DNA of 64,000 nucleotides from NCBI RefSeq assembly GCF_988242995.1, contig NZ_OZ547043.1; one strand, 5' to 3'. Shown piece by piece: positions 10,281 to 22,390 of this stretch (position 1 is its first letter; each line of letters starts with the position of its first letter). The notes under the pieces were generated by a model. It saw only the letters and a program-made list of their open reading frames with translations, ran no database searches and was not told where the DNA came from. The position numbers and the translations under genes were made by a program.

Positions 10281-11201
10281 TTACTCGCCCTTTTTCGCAG
10301 CCTGAATATACAGCATCTCCAGCGCCAGCGTCGCCGCAGCCAGAGCGGTGATTTCCGACTGATCGTATGCCGGAGCCACTTCCACTACGTCCATCCCAAC
10401 AATGTTGAGATCTTTCAGGCCGCGTACCAGTTTAATAGCGCGATCGGAGGTCAGGCCGCCAATTACTGGCGTACCGGTTCCCGGCGCGAAAGCAGGATCC
10501 AGGCAGTCGATATCAAAGGTCAGGTAAACCGGCATATCACCCACAATCTGTTTCACTTGGGCGATAACGTTATCCACGCTGCGATCGTTCACCTGGCAGG
10601 CGTCCAGCACGGTAAAGCCGTTGTCTTTATCGAACTCAGTACGAATACCAATCTGCACGGAATGATTCGGGTCGATCAGACCTTCTTTCGGCGCGGTATA
10701 GAACATGGTGCCGTGGTCAAATTCACAACCGTTCGCATAGGTGTCGGTGTGGGCGTCAAAGTGTACCAGCGCCATTTTGCCGAAATGCTTCGCATGAGCA
10801 CGCAGCAGCGGCAGCGTAACAAAGTGGTCACCACCGAAGGAGAGCATACGCTTACCGGCAGCCAGCAGCTTCTCGGCGTGCGCCTGCAGCTTCTCGCTCA
10901 TCTCACGGGCATCTCCGAAGGCATATACCAGATCGCCGCAGTCCACCACGTTCAGGCGCTCACGCATGTCGAAATTCCACGGGAAGCGGTTGTGTTCCCA
11001 GGCCAGATTCGTCGAAACCTGACGGATAGCAGCCGGACCGTGGCGTCCACCCGCACGACCAGAAGTGGCCATATCGAACGGCACGCCAGTAATCACCCAG
11101 TCAGCATCGCTGTCATATGGCTGGAAGTTCATCGGCAGGCGTAAAAAACCAAAGGCGTTGGAAACCAGTGAGTTATCGTATTGATGACCTAAGGTGCTCA
11201 T
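10281..11201 (-). CDS. speB: Agmatinase
   Basis: 306-aa [33 protein letters not shown]..., arginase-family. Confidence 0.95.
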   Translation of the reverse strand: MSTLGHQYDNSLVSNAFGFLRLPMNFQPYDSDADWVITGVPFDMATSGRAGGRHGPAAIRQVSTNLAWEHNRFPWNFDMRERLNVVDCGDLVYAFGDAREMSEKLQAHAEKLLAAGKRMLSFGGDHFVTLPLLRAHAKHFGKMALVHFDAHTDTYANGCEFDHGTMFYTAPKEGLIDPNHSVQIGIRTEFDKDNGFTVLDACQVNDRSVDNVIAQVKQIVGDMPVYLTFDIDCLDPAFAPGTGTPVIGGLTSDRAIKLVRGLKDLNIVGMDVVEVAPAYDQSEITALAAATLALEMLYIQAAKKGE

Positions 11202-11228
11202 GGATGGACTCCTATTACAAAGTCGATA

Positions 11229-11269
11229 TAAAAAAACCCTTCCGCGTCGTTAGGCCCGACGAGGAAGGG
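11229..11269 (-). terminator. Rho-independent terminator downstream of lipoprotein gene
   Basis: Hairpin cccttcc...ggaaggg with adjacent A-run on plus strand (T-run on minus). Confidence 0.5.
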
Positions 11270-11336
11270 TTGGATTTGCGAAACACAAGTTTGCGCTAAT
11301 TATCGCCTTAAATGGACGAGGCATCAAGCGAGGTTG

Positions 11337-12068
11337 CTATTTCCGACACGGTGGCGGCGCATAGCCATTGTTGTCCGCCGGAAAGGCTTGTCCAGAGCAC
11401 GGCGGCAGCGCGTTTTGCGCCGGGCCTTGTAATTCAAAGGCGGCAAAGCCGATTACACCGGTATTACGCACATCGCCTTGCGCCGAATTGGCTGCGTAGG
11501 AATCAGCAACGTTGGCGAACTGAAAAGCCGCTTCGGTATGTTTATCTTTGCGGAATCCTTTAATCGCTAACGAATCTCCGGCATTCACAATATAGCCGTT
11601 GTTATTCAGCGAACCTTGCTTGCCGTTCAGCACATCCAGGCCATCAACCGTAGCAACGATCTCGTAGTTGGTATTACGACTGTAATTGCGGACATATAAT
11701 TGATAATTCATTCCTACTCTGGCATGGACAATATAGCGTGGTTCATTATTTGACGAATCATAAACCCGCGTAATAGGTAGAGAATTAAAATTACCATCGC
11801 GAATAGCATATTCAAGTTCGTTAATACGAATGCTATAAACGCGGTCGTAGCCCGAAGGAACAGTAGTCGAATAACTAATAACGATCATCTCTGCCGGATC
11901 GCGCCAGACTCGTTCAGCAGATACGCCCTGAACCGATGAGTGCACATCCCCACCCCAGGCGGTGCCGACATTGCCTGATGCACTGCTATTATACTGCGCA
12001 TTACTGGAACAACCGGCCAGCAGCACGGCTAATGCTATCAACGCGCTACGTACTTTCCATTTTTTCAT
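11337..12068 (-). CDS. Predicted lipoprotein of unknown function (Ser/Asn-rich), apparent insertion between speB and speA
   Basis: 243-aa ORF with signal peptide and lipobox (LLAGCSS); no recognisable K-12 counterpart at this position. Confidence 0.6.
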   Translation of the reverse strand: MKKWKVRSALIALAVLLAGCSSNAQYNSSASGNVGTAWGGDVHSSVQGVSAERVWRDPAEMIVISYSTTVPSGYDRVYSIRINELEYAIRDGNFNSLPITRVYDSSNNEPRYIVHARVGMNYQLYVRNYSRNTNYEIVATVDGLDVLNGKQGSLNNNGYIVNAGDSLAIKGFRKDKHTEAAFQFANVADSYAANSAQGDVRNTGVIGFAAFELQGPAQNALPPCSGQAFPADNNGYAPPPCRK

Positions 12069-12152
12069 AACCGTTCCCTCTGCATTTAATTAATGCAGCG
12101 ATTGTAGGGGGATTATTTAATAAGAAAAGCAGCTAAATTATTTTTAAGAATA

Positions 12153-12196
12153 TATAAAAAGAAAGCGGGCCGATTTACGTAAATAAATCGACCCGC
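12153..12196 (-). terminator. speA rho-independent terminator
   Basis: Hairpin gcgggccgatttacgtaaataaatcgacccgc with flanking A/T run, 18 nt downstream of speA stop. Confidence 0.6.
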
Positions 12197-12213
12197 CAGC
12201 GGAATAATCTTAA

Positions 12214-14190
12214 TTATTCATCTTCAAGATAGGTATAACCGTACAAACCTGCCTCGAACTCTTCAAGGAACTGTTGTTGCAGTTCAGCATCAAGATCGGT
12301 TTTCTTCACTTGATCACGGAACTGGGTTAACAACGTTTTCGGATCGAGCTGTACATATTGCAGCATATCCGCCACGGTATCGCCTTCGTCAGACAGTTCT
12401 ACTTCTACGCTGCCGTCAGGGAAGACGAACACGTCAACCGCTTCGGTATCACCGAACAGGTTGTGCATGTTGCCGAGGATCTCCTGATATGCGCCGACCA
12501 TGAAGAAACCGAGCATCGGCGGATTCTCTGGATCGTACTCCGGCATTGGCATTGTCGTGGCAATACCATCACCATCAATATAGTGATCAATAGCACCGTC
12601 AGAGTCACAGGTAATATCCAGCAGCACAGCGCGGCGTTCCGGCACTTGATCCAACCCTTCCAGCGGCAGAACCGGGAACAACTGGTCGATCCCCCACGCA
12701 TCCGGCATCGACTGGAACAGCGAGAAGTTGACGTACATTTTGTCCGCCATACGTTCCTGCAGCTCGTCGATAATCGGACGATGAGCACGGTTTTGCGGAT
12801 CCAGCTGCTTTTGCACTTCATGGCACATGCTCAAATAAAGCTGCTCAGCCCATGCGCGTTCTTGCAGGCTAAAGGTGCCGGAAGAGTAGCCGATATGAAT
12901 ATCGTGCAGATCCATCTGGCTGTCGTGTAACCATTCACGCAGAGAACGGCGAGTTCCCGGTTCGTGCATCTCCTGCCAGGTTTCCCACATGCTTTGCAGG
13001 GCGCGCGGTGCGTCTTCTGCAGGTGCGGTCGGCACCGTGTATTCGTTACGTTCCACGCCGATGATATTGGACACCAGCACGGTGTGATGCGCAGTCACCG
13101 CACGACCCGACTCGGTGATTACTGTCGGATGTGGCAGACCATTTTCTTCACACGCATCACCAATCGCCCAGATGATGTTGTTAGCGTATTCATTGAGGCC
13201 GTAGTTCACCGAACAGTCGGACTGCGAACGGGTGCCTTCATAGTCCACGCCCAGACCGCCGCCGACGTCGAAGCACTGAATATTGACGCCCAGCTTGTGC
13301 AGCTCAACATAGAAACGCGCGGATTCACGAACGCCTGTCGCGATATCGCGAATATTCGCCATCTGCGAACCGAGGTGGAAGTGCAGCAGTTGCAGGCTGT
13401 CGAGACGCCCGGCTTCACGCAGCGTTTCAACCAGTTGCAGTACCTGAGTCGCCGCCAGGCCGAACTTCGATTTTTCCCCGCCGGAGGACTGCCATTTACC
13501 CGAGCCCTGCGACGCCAGACGTGCACGCACGCCCAGACGAGGAACGACATTCAGACGTTCTGCTTCATCCAGCACAATGGCGATTTCTGACATCTTCTCA
13601 ATGACCAGATAGACCTTGTGCCCCATCTTCTCGCCAATTAATGCCAGGCGGATATATTCGCGGTCCTTATAACCGTTGCAGACGATGACGCTACGGGTCA
13701 TGCCAGCATGTGCCAACACCGCCATCAACTCCGCTTTGGAACCGGCTTCCAGGCCCAGCGGTTCGCCCGAATGAATCAGGGACTCAATCACGCGGCGGTG
13801 CTGATTAACTTTGATCGGATAAACGAGGAAGTAATCGCCGTTATAGCCGTAGGATTCCCGCGCACGTTTGAACGCGGCGTTAATAGAACGCAAACGGTGC
13901 TGCAGGATCTGTGGGAAACAGAACAGTGCAGGCAGACGCTGGCCCTGTGCTTCACGAGTTTTCACTAACTGCGCGAGATCGACGCGAGCTTCCGGGACGT
14001 CCGGGTCCGGGCACACGCTAATGTGGCCCAGCTCGTTAACGTCATAGTAGTTATTGCCCCACCAGGCAATATTGTAAGTACGCAGCATCTTGCTGGCTTC
14101 CTGGGAGCTCATTGCAACCTCCTGCATGGAGCGTAGTACACCGTGTTCGCCCGCTGACGAAGGCAAACCCATAGACATGTCGTCAGACAT
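12214..14190 (-). CDS. speA: Biosynthetic arginine decarboxylase
   Basis: 658 aa from [25 protein letters not shown]...; ORF track start 4 codons upstream. Confidence 0.95.
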
Positions 14191-14198
14191 AGCGAACC

Positions 14199-14330
14199 TC
14201 AAATTATTTTATTAAGTGTAAAACAGTTAACGACTATCGCAGCCTGGAACTGCGATAACAACCCATAAGCACATGGATTTTCCAGCAGTGAATGCTGACG
14301 CTCCAACTGCGCAACCGGTTTCTTTTTCAT
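14199..14330 (-). CDS. yqgB: Small protein YqgB (43 aa)
   Basis: Hand translation [43 protein letters not shown] matches K-12 YqgB from memory; directly upstream of speA. Confidence 0.7.
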
Positions 14331-14465
14331 AACATTATTAAGCACATAACCGAACGTAAGTGTGACAGTTCGGCGAAACCACGAGAAAACTCTTGTTTTT
14401 ACAAGAGCGCCCTTGTTCAGTCCTCAGTAGCTGTAACCAGCTCTTGAATCCTGAGAAGCGCCGAG

Positions 14466-14681
14466 ATGGGTATAACATCGGCAGGTATGCAAAGCAGAGA
14501 TGCAGAGTGCGGGGAACGAATCTTCACCAGAACGGTGAGACAGGTTAAGCAGCAGACAACGGTTCATTATTTCGTATCACCTCCACGGCCGCCTGTTAAG
14601 ACGAACCCACAAGCCAAAACTCTGATTTCAACCCGGCTGGAAGTGGCAACACGAAAAAAACGTCGTGTGCTTTTTATTTAA
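14466..14681 (+). CDS. yqgC: Putative small protein YqgC (doubtful ORF in metK upstream region)
   Basis: 71-aa ORF at the position of the K-12 yqgC annotation; no functional features. Confidence 0.35.
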
Positions 14682-14944
14682 GCCGCGCGCCGCGTTTTAT
14701 ACCCCACAATGGCAGAAAATTGCAAAAGATAAATACGCAGAATGCCAGCATTGTCAGGAAAAATTTCCAGCCACGTTTTTAACAGAATGAGACACGATTC
14801 AAAAAAAAGTGGAAATTGGGTGAAGAACTGACCTAAAATAGCCATCCAGATGTTAATCCATCCATACCGATTAACACTCAGACTGCCAGTGTTTTTAACC
14901 TGCAGAGTCGTGGTAGGATCCGCTACCACAGAAGATCCACACAA
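14678..14944 (-). CDS. yqgD: Putative small protein YqgD (doubtful ORF in metK upstream region)
   Basis: 88-aa ORF antisense to the metK leader, at the position of the K-12 yqgD annotation. Confidence 0.3.
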
Positions 14945-14984
14945 CAGTTTGAGCTAACCAAATTCTCTTTAGGTGATATTAAAT

Positions 14985-16139
14985 ATGGCAAAACACCTTT
15001 TTACGTCCGAGTCCGTCTCTGAAGGGCATCCTGACAAAATTGCTGACCAAATCTCTGATGCCGTTTTAGACGCGATCCTCGAACAGGATCCGAAAGCACG
15101 CGTTGCTTGCGAAACCTACGTAAAAACCGGCATGGTTTTAGTTGGCGGCGAAATCACCACCAGCGCCTGGGTAGACATCGAAGAGATCACCCGTAACACC
15201 GTTCGCGAAATTGGCTATGTGCATTCCGACATGGGCTTTGACGCTAACTCCTGTGCGGTTCTGAGCGCTATCGGCAAACAGTCTCCTGACATCAACCAGG
15301 GCGTTGACCGTGCCGATCCGCTGGAACAGGGCGCGGGTGACCAGGGTCTGATGTTTGGCTACGCAACCAATGAAACCGACGTGCTGATGCCAGCGCCTAT
15401 CACCTATGCACACCGTCTGGTACAGCGTCAGGCTGAAGTGCGTAAAAACGGCACTCTGCCGTGGCTGCGCCCGGACGCGAAAAGCCAAGTGACTTTCCAG
15501 TATGACGACGGCAAAATCGTTGGTATCGATGCTGTCGTGCTTTCCACTCAGCACTCTGAAGAAATCGACCAAAAATCGCTGCAAGAAGCGGTAATGGAAG
15601 AGATCATCAAGCCGATTCTGCCGGCTGAATGGCTGACTTCTGCCACCAAATTCTTCATCAACCCGACCGGTCGTTTTGTTATCGGTGGCCCGATGGGTGA
15701 CTGCGGTCTGACTGGTCGTAAAATTATCGTTGATACCTACGGCGGCATGGCACGTCACGGTGGTGGTGCATTCTCTGGTAAAGATCCATCAAAAGTGGAC
15801 CGTTCCGCAGCGTACGCAGCACGTTATGTCGCGAAAAACATCGTTGCTGCTGGCCTGGCCGATCGTTGTGAAATTCAGGTTTCCTACGCAATCGGCGTGG
15901 CTGAACCGACCTCTATCATGGTGGAAACTTTCGGTACTGAGAAAGTGCCTTCTGAACAGCTGACTCTGCTGGTACGTGAGTTCTTTGACCTGCGTCCATA
16001 CGGTCTGATTCAGATGCTGGATCTGCTGCACCCGATCTACAAAGAAACCGCAGCATACGGTCACTTTGGTCGCGAACATTTCCCGTGGGAAAAAACCGAC
16101 AAAGCGCAGCTGCTGCGCGATGCTGCCGGTCTGAAGTAA
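14985..16139 (+). CDS. metK: S-adenosylmethionine synthetase
   Basis: 384 aa from [25 protein letters not shown]... Confidence 0.97.
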
Positions 16140-16161
16140 TTTTTCTTCACCTGCTTTCAAA

Positions 16162-16190
16162 GGCCAGCCTCGCGCTGGCCTTTTTCTTTT
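16162..16190 (+). terminator. metK rho-independent terminator
   Basis: Hairpin ggccagcctcgcgctggcc followed by TTTTTCTTTT. Confidence 0.75.
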
Positions 16191-16574
16191 ACCTCACCGC
16201 GGTGGATAGGCGTTCACGCCGCATCCGGCAAAAAGCTGCCCGCACAATAACATCATTCTTCCTGAACACGTTTTACCGCAAATTATCATCGCTACTGAAA
16301 CCGATTACACCAACCACACCAGAAAAAGATTTGTAATATTTTCATATTATTATTCAGTTTTCACGGTTGTTACATTTCTTTTCAGTAAAGTCTTAATTGC
16401 AGATAACAGCGTTTAATCTATGATGATATAACTCAATTATTTTCATGCACTTAAATCATAACTAAGATAAATGTTAGTGTAATCGATTACACTGATGTGA
16501 TTTGCTTCACATCTTTTTACGTCGTACTCACCTATCTTAATTCACAATAAAAAATAACCATATTGGAGGGCATC

Positions 16575-17969
16575 ATGCCTGACGCTAAAAAACAGGGGCG
16601 GTCAAACAAGGCAATGACGTTTTTCGTCTGCTTCCTTGCCGCTCTGGCGGGATTACTCTTTGGCCTGGATATCGGTGTAATTGCTGGCGCACTGCCGTTT
16701 ATTGCAGATGAATTCCAGATTACTTCGCACACGCAAGAATGGGTCGTAAGCTCCATGATGTTCGGTGCGGCAGTCGGTGCGGTGGGCAGCGGCTGGCTCT
16801 CCTTTAAACTCGGGCGCAAAAAGAGCCTGATGATCGGCGCAATCCTGTTTGTTGCCGGTTCACTGTTCTCTGCGGCTGCGCCAAACGTTGAAGTACTGAT
16901 TCTTTCCCGCGTTCTGCTGGGGCTGGCGGTGGGTGTGGCCTCTTATACCGCACCACTGTACCTGTCAGAAATTGCGCCGGAAAAAATTCGCGGCAGTATG
17001 ATCTCGATGTATCAGTTGATGATCACTATCGGGATCCTCGGTGCTTATCTTTCTGATACCGCCTTCAGCTACACCGGTGCATGGCGCTGGATGCTGGGTG
17101 TGATTATCATCCCGGCAATTTTGCTGCTGATTGGTGTCTTCTTCCTGCCAGACAGCCCACGTTGGTTTGCCGCCAAGCGCCGTTTTGTTGATGCCGAACG
17201 CGTGCTGCTACGCCTGCGTGACACCAGCGCGGAAGCGAAACGCGAACTGGATGAAATCCGTGAAAGTTTGCAGGTTAAACAGAGTGGCTGGGCGCTGTTT
17301 AAAGAGAATAGCAACTTCCGCCGCGCGGTGTTCCTTGGCGTACTGTTACAGGTAATGCAGCAATTCACCGGGATGAACGTCATCATGTATTACGCGCCGA
17401 AAATCTTCGAACTGGCGGGTTATACCAACACTACCGAGCAAATGTGGGGGACAGTGATTGTCGGCCTGACCAACGTACTTGCCACCTTTATCGCAATCGG
17501 CCTTGTTGACCGCTGGGGACGTAAACCAACGCTAACGCTGGGCTTCCTGGTGATGGCTGCTGGCATGGGCGTACTCGGTACAATGATGCATATCGGTATT
17601 CACTCTCCGTCAGCGCAGTATTTCGCCATCGCCATGCTGCTGATGTTTATTGTCGGTTTTGCCATGAGTGCCGGTCCGCTGATTTGGGTACTGTGCTCCG
17701 AAATTCAGCCGCTGAAAGGCCGCGATTTTGGCATCACCTGCTCCACCGCCACCAACTGGATTGCCAACATGATCGTTGGCGCAACGTTCCTGACCATGCT
17801 CAACACGCTGGGTAACGCCAACACCTTCTGGGTGTATGCGGCTCTGAACGTATTGTTTATCCTGCTGACATTGTGGCTGGTACCGGAAACCAAACACGTT
17901 TCGCTGGAACATATTGAACGTAATCTGATGAAAGGTCGTAAACTGCGCGAAATCGGCGCTCACGATTAA
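16575..17969 (+). CDS. galP: Galactose:H+ symporter (MFS)
   Basis: 464 aa from [19 protein letters not shown]...; GGAGG RBS before ATG 16575. Confidence 0.95.
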   Translation: MPDAKKQGRSNKAMTFFVCFLAALAGLLFGLDIGVIAGALPFIADEFQITSHTQEWVVSSMMFGAAVGAVGSGWLSFKLGRKKSLMIGAILFVAGSLFSAAAPNVEVLILSRVLLGLAVGVASYTAPLYLSEIAPEKIRGSMISMYQLMITIGILGAYLSDTAFSYTGAWRWMLGVIIIPAILLLIGVFFLPDSPRWFAAKRRFVDAERVLLRLRDTSAEAKRELDEIRESLQVKQSGWALFKENSNFRRAVFLGVLLQVMQQFTGMNVIMYYAPKIFELAGYTNTTEQMWGTVIVGLTNVLATFIAIGLVDRWGRKPTLTLGFLVMAAGMGVLGTMMHIGIHSPSAQYFAIAMLLMFIVGFAMSAGPLIWVLCSEIQPLKGRDFGITCSTATNWIANMIVGATFLTMLNTLGNANTFWVYAALNVLFILLTLWLVPETKHVSLEHIERNLMKGRKLREIGAHD

Positions 17970-17977
17970 TCTCCTCA

Positions 17978-18003
17978 GGCTTCCTCCCGTCGCGGAGGAA
18001 GCC
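17978..18003 (+). terminator. Hairpin/terminator downstream of galP
   Basis: Inverted repeat ggcttcctcc...ggaggaagcc; no clean T-run. Confidence 0.45.
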
Positions 18004-18045
18004 GCCTCTTGCAGTCATCTTTTCTTCGCTCTATCCTCTGCCGCT

Positions 18046-18543
18046 ATGAAAACATCCCGTCTCCCTATCGCCATCCAACAGGCCGTTATGCGTCGCCTGC
18101 GGGAAAAACTCGCCCAGGCTAACCTGAAATTGGGGCGTAACTACCCGGAGCCAAAACTCTCTTATACCCAGCGCGGCACCTCCGCCGGAACAGCCTGGCT
18201 GGAAAGCTATGAAATTCGCCTCAATCCCGTTTTGCTGTTGGAAAACAGTGAAGCCTTTATTGAAGAAGTGGTGCCGCACGAACTGGCACATTTGCTGGTA
18301 TGGAAACATTTCGGCCGCGTAGCGCCACATGGCAAAGAGTGGAAGTGGATGATGGAAAGCGTGCTGGGCGTTCCTGCCCGTCGTACGCATCAGTTTGAAC
18401 TGCAATCCGTGCGCCGCAACACCTTCCCCTACCGCTGCAAGTGCCAGGAGCATCAGCTTACCGTACGCCGTCATAATCGCGTAGTTCGTGGCGAAGCCGT
18501 CTACCGCTGTGTTCACTGCGGCGAACAGCTGGTTGCGAAATAA
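18046..18543 (+). CDS. sprT: SprT-family protein (YggI)
   Basis: 165-aa ORF with HELAH zinc-binding motif. Confidence 0.9.
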   Translation: MKTSRLPIAIQQAVMRRLREKLAQANLKLGRNYPEPKLSYTQRGTSAGTAWLESYEIRLNPVLLLENSEAFIEEVVPHELAHLLVWKHFGRVAPHGKEWKWMMESVLGVPARRTHQFELQSVRRNTFPYRCKCQEHQLTVRRHNRVVRGEAVYRCVHCGEQLVAK

Positions 18544-18637
18544 CCACCTGAACTATCAGGAACTTTCCTGATCTGGCTGATTGCATACCAAAACAACTTT
18601 CGCTACGTTGCTGGCTCGTTTTAACACGGAGTAAGTG

Positions 18638-19345
18638 ATGTACCGTTATTTGTCTATTGCTGCGGTGGTACTGAGCGCAGCATTTTCCGGCCCGGCGTTG
18701 GCCGAAGGTATCAATAGTTTTTCTCAGGCGAAAGCCGCGGCGGTAAAAGTCCACGCTGACGCGCCCGGTACGTTTTATTGCGGATGTAAAATTAACTGGC
18801 AGGGCAAAAAAGGCGTTGTTGATCTGCAATCGTGCGGCTATCAGGTGCGCAAAAATGAAAACCGCGCCAGCCGTGTAGAGTGGGAACACGTCGTTCCCGC
18901 CTGGCAATTCGGTCACCAGCGCCAGTGCTGGCAGGACGGTGGACGTAAAAACTGCACTAAAGATCCGGTCTATCGCAAGATGGAAAGCGATATGCATAAC
19001 TTGCAACCGTCAGTCGGCGAGGTGAATGGCGATCGCGGCAACTTTATGTACAGCCAGTGGAATGGCGGCGAAGGCCAGTACGGTCAATGCGCCATGAAGG
19101 TCGATTTCAAAGAAAAAGCTGCCGAACCACCAGCGCGTGCACGCGGTGCCATTGCGCGCACCTACTTCTATATGCGCGACCAATACAACCTGACACTCTC
19201 TCGCCAGCAAACGCAGCTGTTCAACGCATGGAACAAGATGTATCCGGTTACCGACTGGGAGTGCGAGCGCGATGAACGCATCGCGAAGGTGCAGGGCAAT
19301 CATAACCCGTATGTGCAACGCGCTTGCCAGGCGCGAAAGAGCTAA
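18638..19345 (+). CDS. endA: Periplasmic DNA-specific endonuclease I
   Basis: 235 aa from [22 protein letters not shown] (signal peptide). Confidence 0.93.
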   Translation: MYRYLSIAAVVLSAAFSGPALAEGINSFSQAKAAAVKVHADAPGTFYCGCKINWQGKKGVVDLQSCGYQVRKNENRASRVEWEHVVPAWQFGHQRQCWQDGGRKNCTKDPVYRKMESDMHNLQPSVGEVNGDRGNFMYSQWNGGEGQYGQCAMKVDFKEKAAEPPARARGAIARTYFYMRDQYNLTLSRQQTQLFNAWNKMYPVTDWECERDERIAKVQGNHNPYVQRACQARKS

Positions 19346-19424
19346 CCTACACTAGCGGGATTCTTTTTGTTAACCCCTACCCCACGCGTACAACCGCGTG
19401 GGGAGACGACGCGGATTTTTAACT

Positions 19425-20156
19425 ATGCGTATCCCCCGCATTTATCATCCTGAACCACTGACCAGCCATTCTCACATCGCGCTTTGCGAAGATGCCGCCA
19501 ACCATATCGGGCGCGTACTGCGCATGGGGCCGGGGCAGGCGTTGCAATTATTTGACGGTAGCAACCAGGTCTTTGACGCCGAAATTACCAGCGCCAGCAA
19601 AAAAAGCGTGGAAGTGAAGGTGCTGGAAGGCCAGATCGACGATCGCGAATCTCCGCTGCATATTCACCTCGGTCAGGTGATGTCGCGTGGTGAAAAAATG
19701 GAATTTACTATCCAGAAATCGATCGAACTCGGTGTAAGCCTCATTACGCCACTTTTTTCTGAGCGCTGCGGCGTTAAACTGGATAGTGAACGTCTGAACA
19801 AGAAGCTTCAGCAGTGGCAGAAGATTGCAATTGCTGCCTGTGAGCAGTGTGGTCGTAACCGGGTGCCGGAAATCCGTCCAGCGATGGATCTGGAAGCCTG
19901 GTGTGCAGAGCAGGATGAAGGACTGAAACTGAATCTTCACCCGCGCGCCAGTAACAGCATCAATACGTTGCCTTTACCGGTTGAACGCGTCCGCCTGCTG
20001 ATTGGCCCGGAAGGCGGTTTATCGGCAGATGAAATTGCCATGACTGCCCGCTATCAATTTACTGATATCCTGTTGGGACCTCGCGTTTTGCGTACAGAGA
20101 CAACTGCGCTCACCGCCATTACCGCGCTACAAGTACGATTTGGCGATTTGGGCTAA
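19425..20156 (+). CDS. rsmE: 16S rRNA m3U1498 methyltransferase RsmE (YggJ)
   Basis: 243 aa from [20 protein letters not shown]... Confidence 0.9.
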
Positions 20157-20168
20157 CGGAGAAGAATA

Positions 20169-21119
20169 ATGATCAAGCTCGGCATCGTGATGGACCCCAT
20201 CGCAAACATCAACATCAAGAAAGATTCCAGTTTCGCTATGTTGCTGGAAGCACAGCGTCGTGGTTACGAACTTCACTATATGGAGATGGGCGATCTGTAT
20301 CTGATCAATGGCGAAGCCCGCGCCCATACCCGCACGCTGAACGTGAAGCAGAACTACGAAGAGTGGTTTTCATTCGTCGGTGAACAGGATCTGCCGCTGG
20401 CCGATCTCGATGTGATCCTGATGCGTAAAGACCCGCCGTTTGATACCGAGTTTATCTACGCGACCTATATTCTGGAACGTGCCGAAGAGAAAGGGTCGCT
20501 GATCGTTAACAAGCCGCAGAGCCTGCGCGACTGTAACGAGAAACTGTTTACCGCCTGGTTCTCTGACTTAACGCCAGAAACGCTGGTTACGCGCAATAAA
20601 GCGCAGCTAAAAGCGTTCTGGGAGAAACACAGCGACATCATTCTTAAGCCGCTGGACGGTATGGGCGGCGCGTCGATTTTCCGCGTGAAAGAAGGCGATC
20701 CAAACCTCGGCGTGATTGCCGAAACCCTGACTGAGCATGGCACTCGCTACTGCATGGCGCAAAATTACCTGCCAGCCATTAAAGATGGCGACAAACGCGT
20801 GCTGGTGGTGGATGGCGAGCCGGTACCGTACTGCCTGGCGCGTATTCCGCAGGGGGGCGAAACCCGTGGCAATCTGGCTGCCGGTGGTCGCGGTGAACCT
20901 CGTCCGCTGACGGAAAGTGACTGGAAAATCGCCCGTCAGATCGGGCCGACGTTGAAAGAAAAAGGGCTGATTTTTGTTGGTCTGGATATCATCGGCGACC
21001 GTCTGACTGAAATTAACGTCACCAGCCCAACCTGTATTCGTGAGATTGAAGCAGAGTTTCCGGTGTCGATCACCGGAATGTTAATGGATGCCATCGAAGC
21101 ACGTTTACAGCAGCAGTAA
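20169..21119 (+). CDS. gshB: Glutathione synthetase
   Basis: 316-aa ORF MIKLGIVMDPIANINIKKD..., ATP-grasp family. Confidence 0.95.
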   Translation: MIKLGIVMDPIANINIKKDSSFAMLLEAQRRGYELHYMEMGDLYLINGEARAHTRTLNVKQNYEEWFSFVGEQDLPLADLDVILMRKDPPFDTEFIYATYILERAEEKGSLIVNKPQSLRDCNEKLFTAWFSDLTPETLVTRNKAQLKAFWEKHSDIILKPLDGMGGASIFRVKEGDPNLGVIAETLTEHGTRYCMAQNYLPAIKDGDKRVLVVDGEPVPYCLARIPQGGETRGNLAAGGRGEPRPLTESDWKIARQIGPTLKEKGLIFVGLDIIGDRLTEINVTSPTCIREIEAEFPVSITGMLMDAIEARLQQQ

Positions 21120-21227
21120 CCCACCTTAGCGAGAAGGATCTCGTTGAGACTCTGAGTGACAGCGCCCTTCTTTCCACGCATACTGGGCGCTGTTGCTTTT
21201 TTGAACCAGGAAACAGAACCTCTGACA

Positions 21228-21791
21228 ATGAATTTACAGCATCACTTTCTTATTGCCATGCCTGCTCTCCAGGATCCGATTTTCCGTCGTTCCGTGGTCT
21301 ACATTTGCGAACATAATACCAATGGTGCAATGGGGATCATCGTCAACAAGCCGCTGGAAAATCTCAAAATTGAAGGGATTCTGGAAAAGCTGAAGATCAC
21401 GCCGGAGCCGCGTGATGAATCAATCCGTCTGGATAAACCGGTTATGCTCGGCGGTCCGCTGGCTGAAGATCGCGGGTTTATTTTGCATACTCCGCCCTCC
21501 AATTTTGCTTCCAGCATTCGCATTTCAGACAACACAGTGATGACCACTTCCCGCGATGTGCTGGAAACGCTCGGCACCGATAAACAACCGTCTGACGTAT
21601 TGGTGGCTCTGGGTTATGCCTCCTGGGAAAAAGGTCAACTGGAACAAGAAATTCTCGATAACGCGTGGCTAACGGCCCCGGCGGATCTGAATATTCTGTT
21701 CAAAACGCCGATTGCCGACCGCTGGCGCGAGGCGGCAAAACTGATTGGTGTGGATATTCTCACCATGCCTAGTGTGGCAGGGCACGCCTGA
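21228..21791 (+). CDS. yqgE: UPF0301 protein YqgE
   Basis: 187 aa from [30 protein letters not shown]. Confidence 0.85.
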
Positions 21792-22207
21792 TGAGTGGAA
21801 CCTTACTCGCCTTCGACTTCGGCACCAAAAGCATTGGCGTAGCGGTCGGCCAACGCATTACCGGCACTGCTCGCCCTTTGCCTGCAATTAAAGCACAGGA
21901 CGGTACGCCGGACTGGAACCTCATCGAACGTTTACTGAAAGAGTGGCAGCCGGACGAAATCATCGTCGGTTTGCCGCTGAATATGGACGGCACCGAGCAA
22001 CCATTGACTGCCAGAGCGCGTAAATTTGCCAACCGTATTCATGGCCGTTTCGGTGTTGAAGTAAAGCTCCATGACGAGCGTCTTAGCACTGTGGAAGCCC
22101 GTTCCGGTCTGTTTGAACAGGGCGGCTATCGGGCGCTCAACAAAGGCAAAGTTGACTCTGCCTCTGCGGTTATTATTCTCGAAAGCTATTTCGAGCAGGG
22201 ATATTAA
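21791..22207 (+). CDS. ruvX: Putative pre-16S rRNA nuclease / Holliday-junction resolvase-like YqgF (RuvX)
   Basis: 138-aa [23 protein letters not shown]...; start overlaps yqgE stop. Confidence 0.9.
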
Positions 22208-22249
22208 GGCGATTTAAACGCCTGGCGGAGTGTAAATAATATCATCGCG

Positions 22250-22388
22250 TCTTATTGCCGGATGCGGCGTGAACACCTTATCCAGCACACATCTGGCAGC
22301 GGCTATAGGTCTGATAAGACGCGTTAGCGTCGCATCAGACATTTATTGCCTTTGTAGGCCCGATAAGCTTGCGCATCGGGCATGGCAA
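22250..22388. repeat. REP/BIME cluster
   Basis: Repeated gccggatgcggcgtgaacacctta...ggtctgataagacgcg...gcgtcgcatcagac palindromic units. Confidence 0.8.
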
Positions 22389-22390
22389 CG

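Noticed and set aside
12358-13590. Several plus- and minus-strand ORFs (114-208 aa) overlapping speA
   Set aside because: Overlap the conserved speA frame in other frames or strands; low-complexity Arg/Cys-rich translations.
14880-14984. Possible SAM riboswitch in the metK leader
   Set aside because: In enterobacteria metK is regulated by the MetJ repressor rather than a SAM riboswitch, and I saw no riboswitch-like conserved structure.
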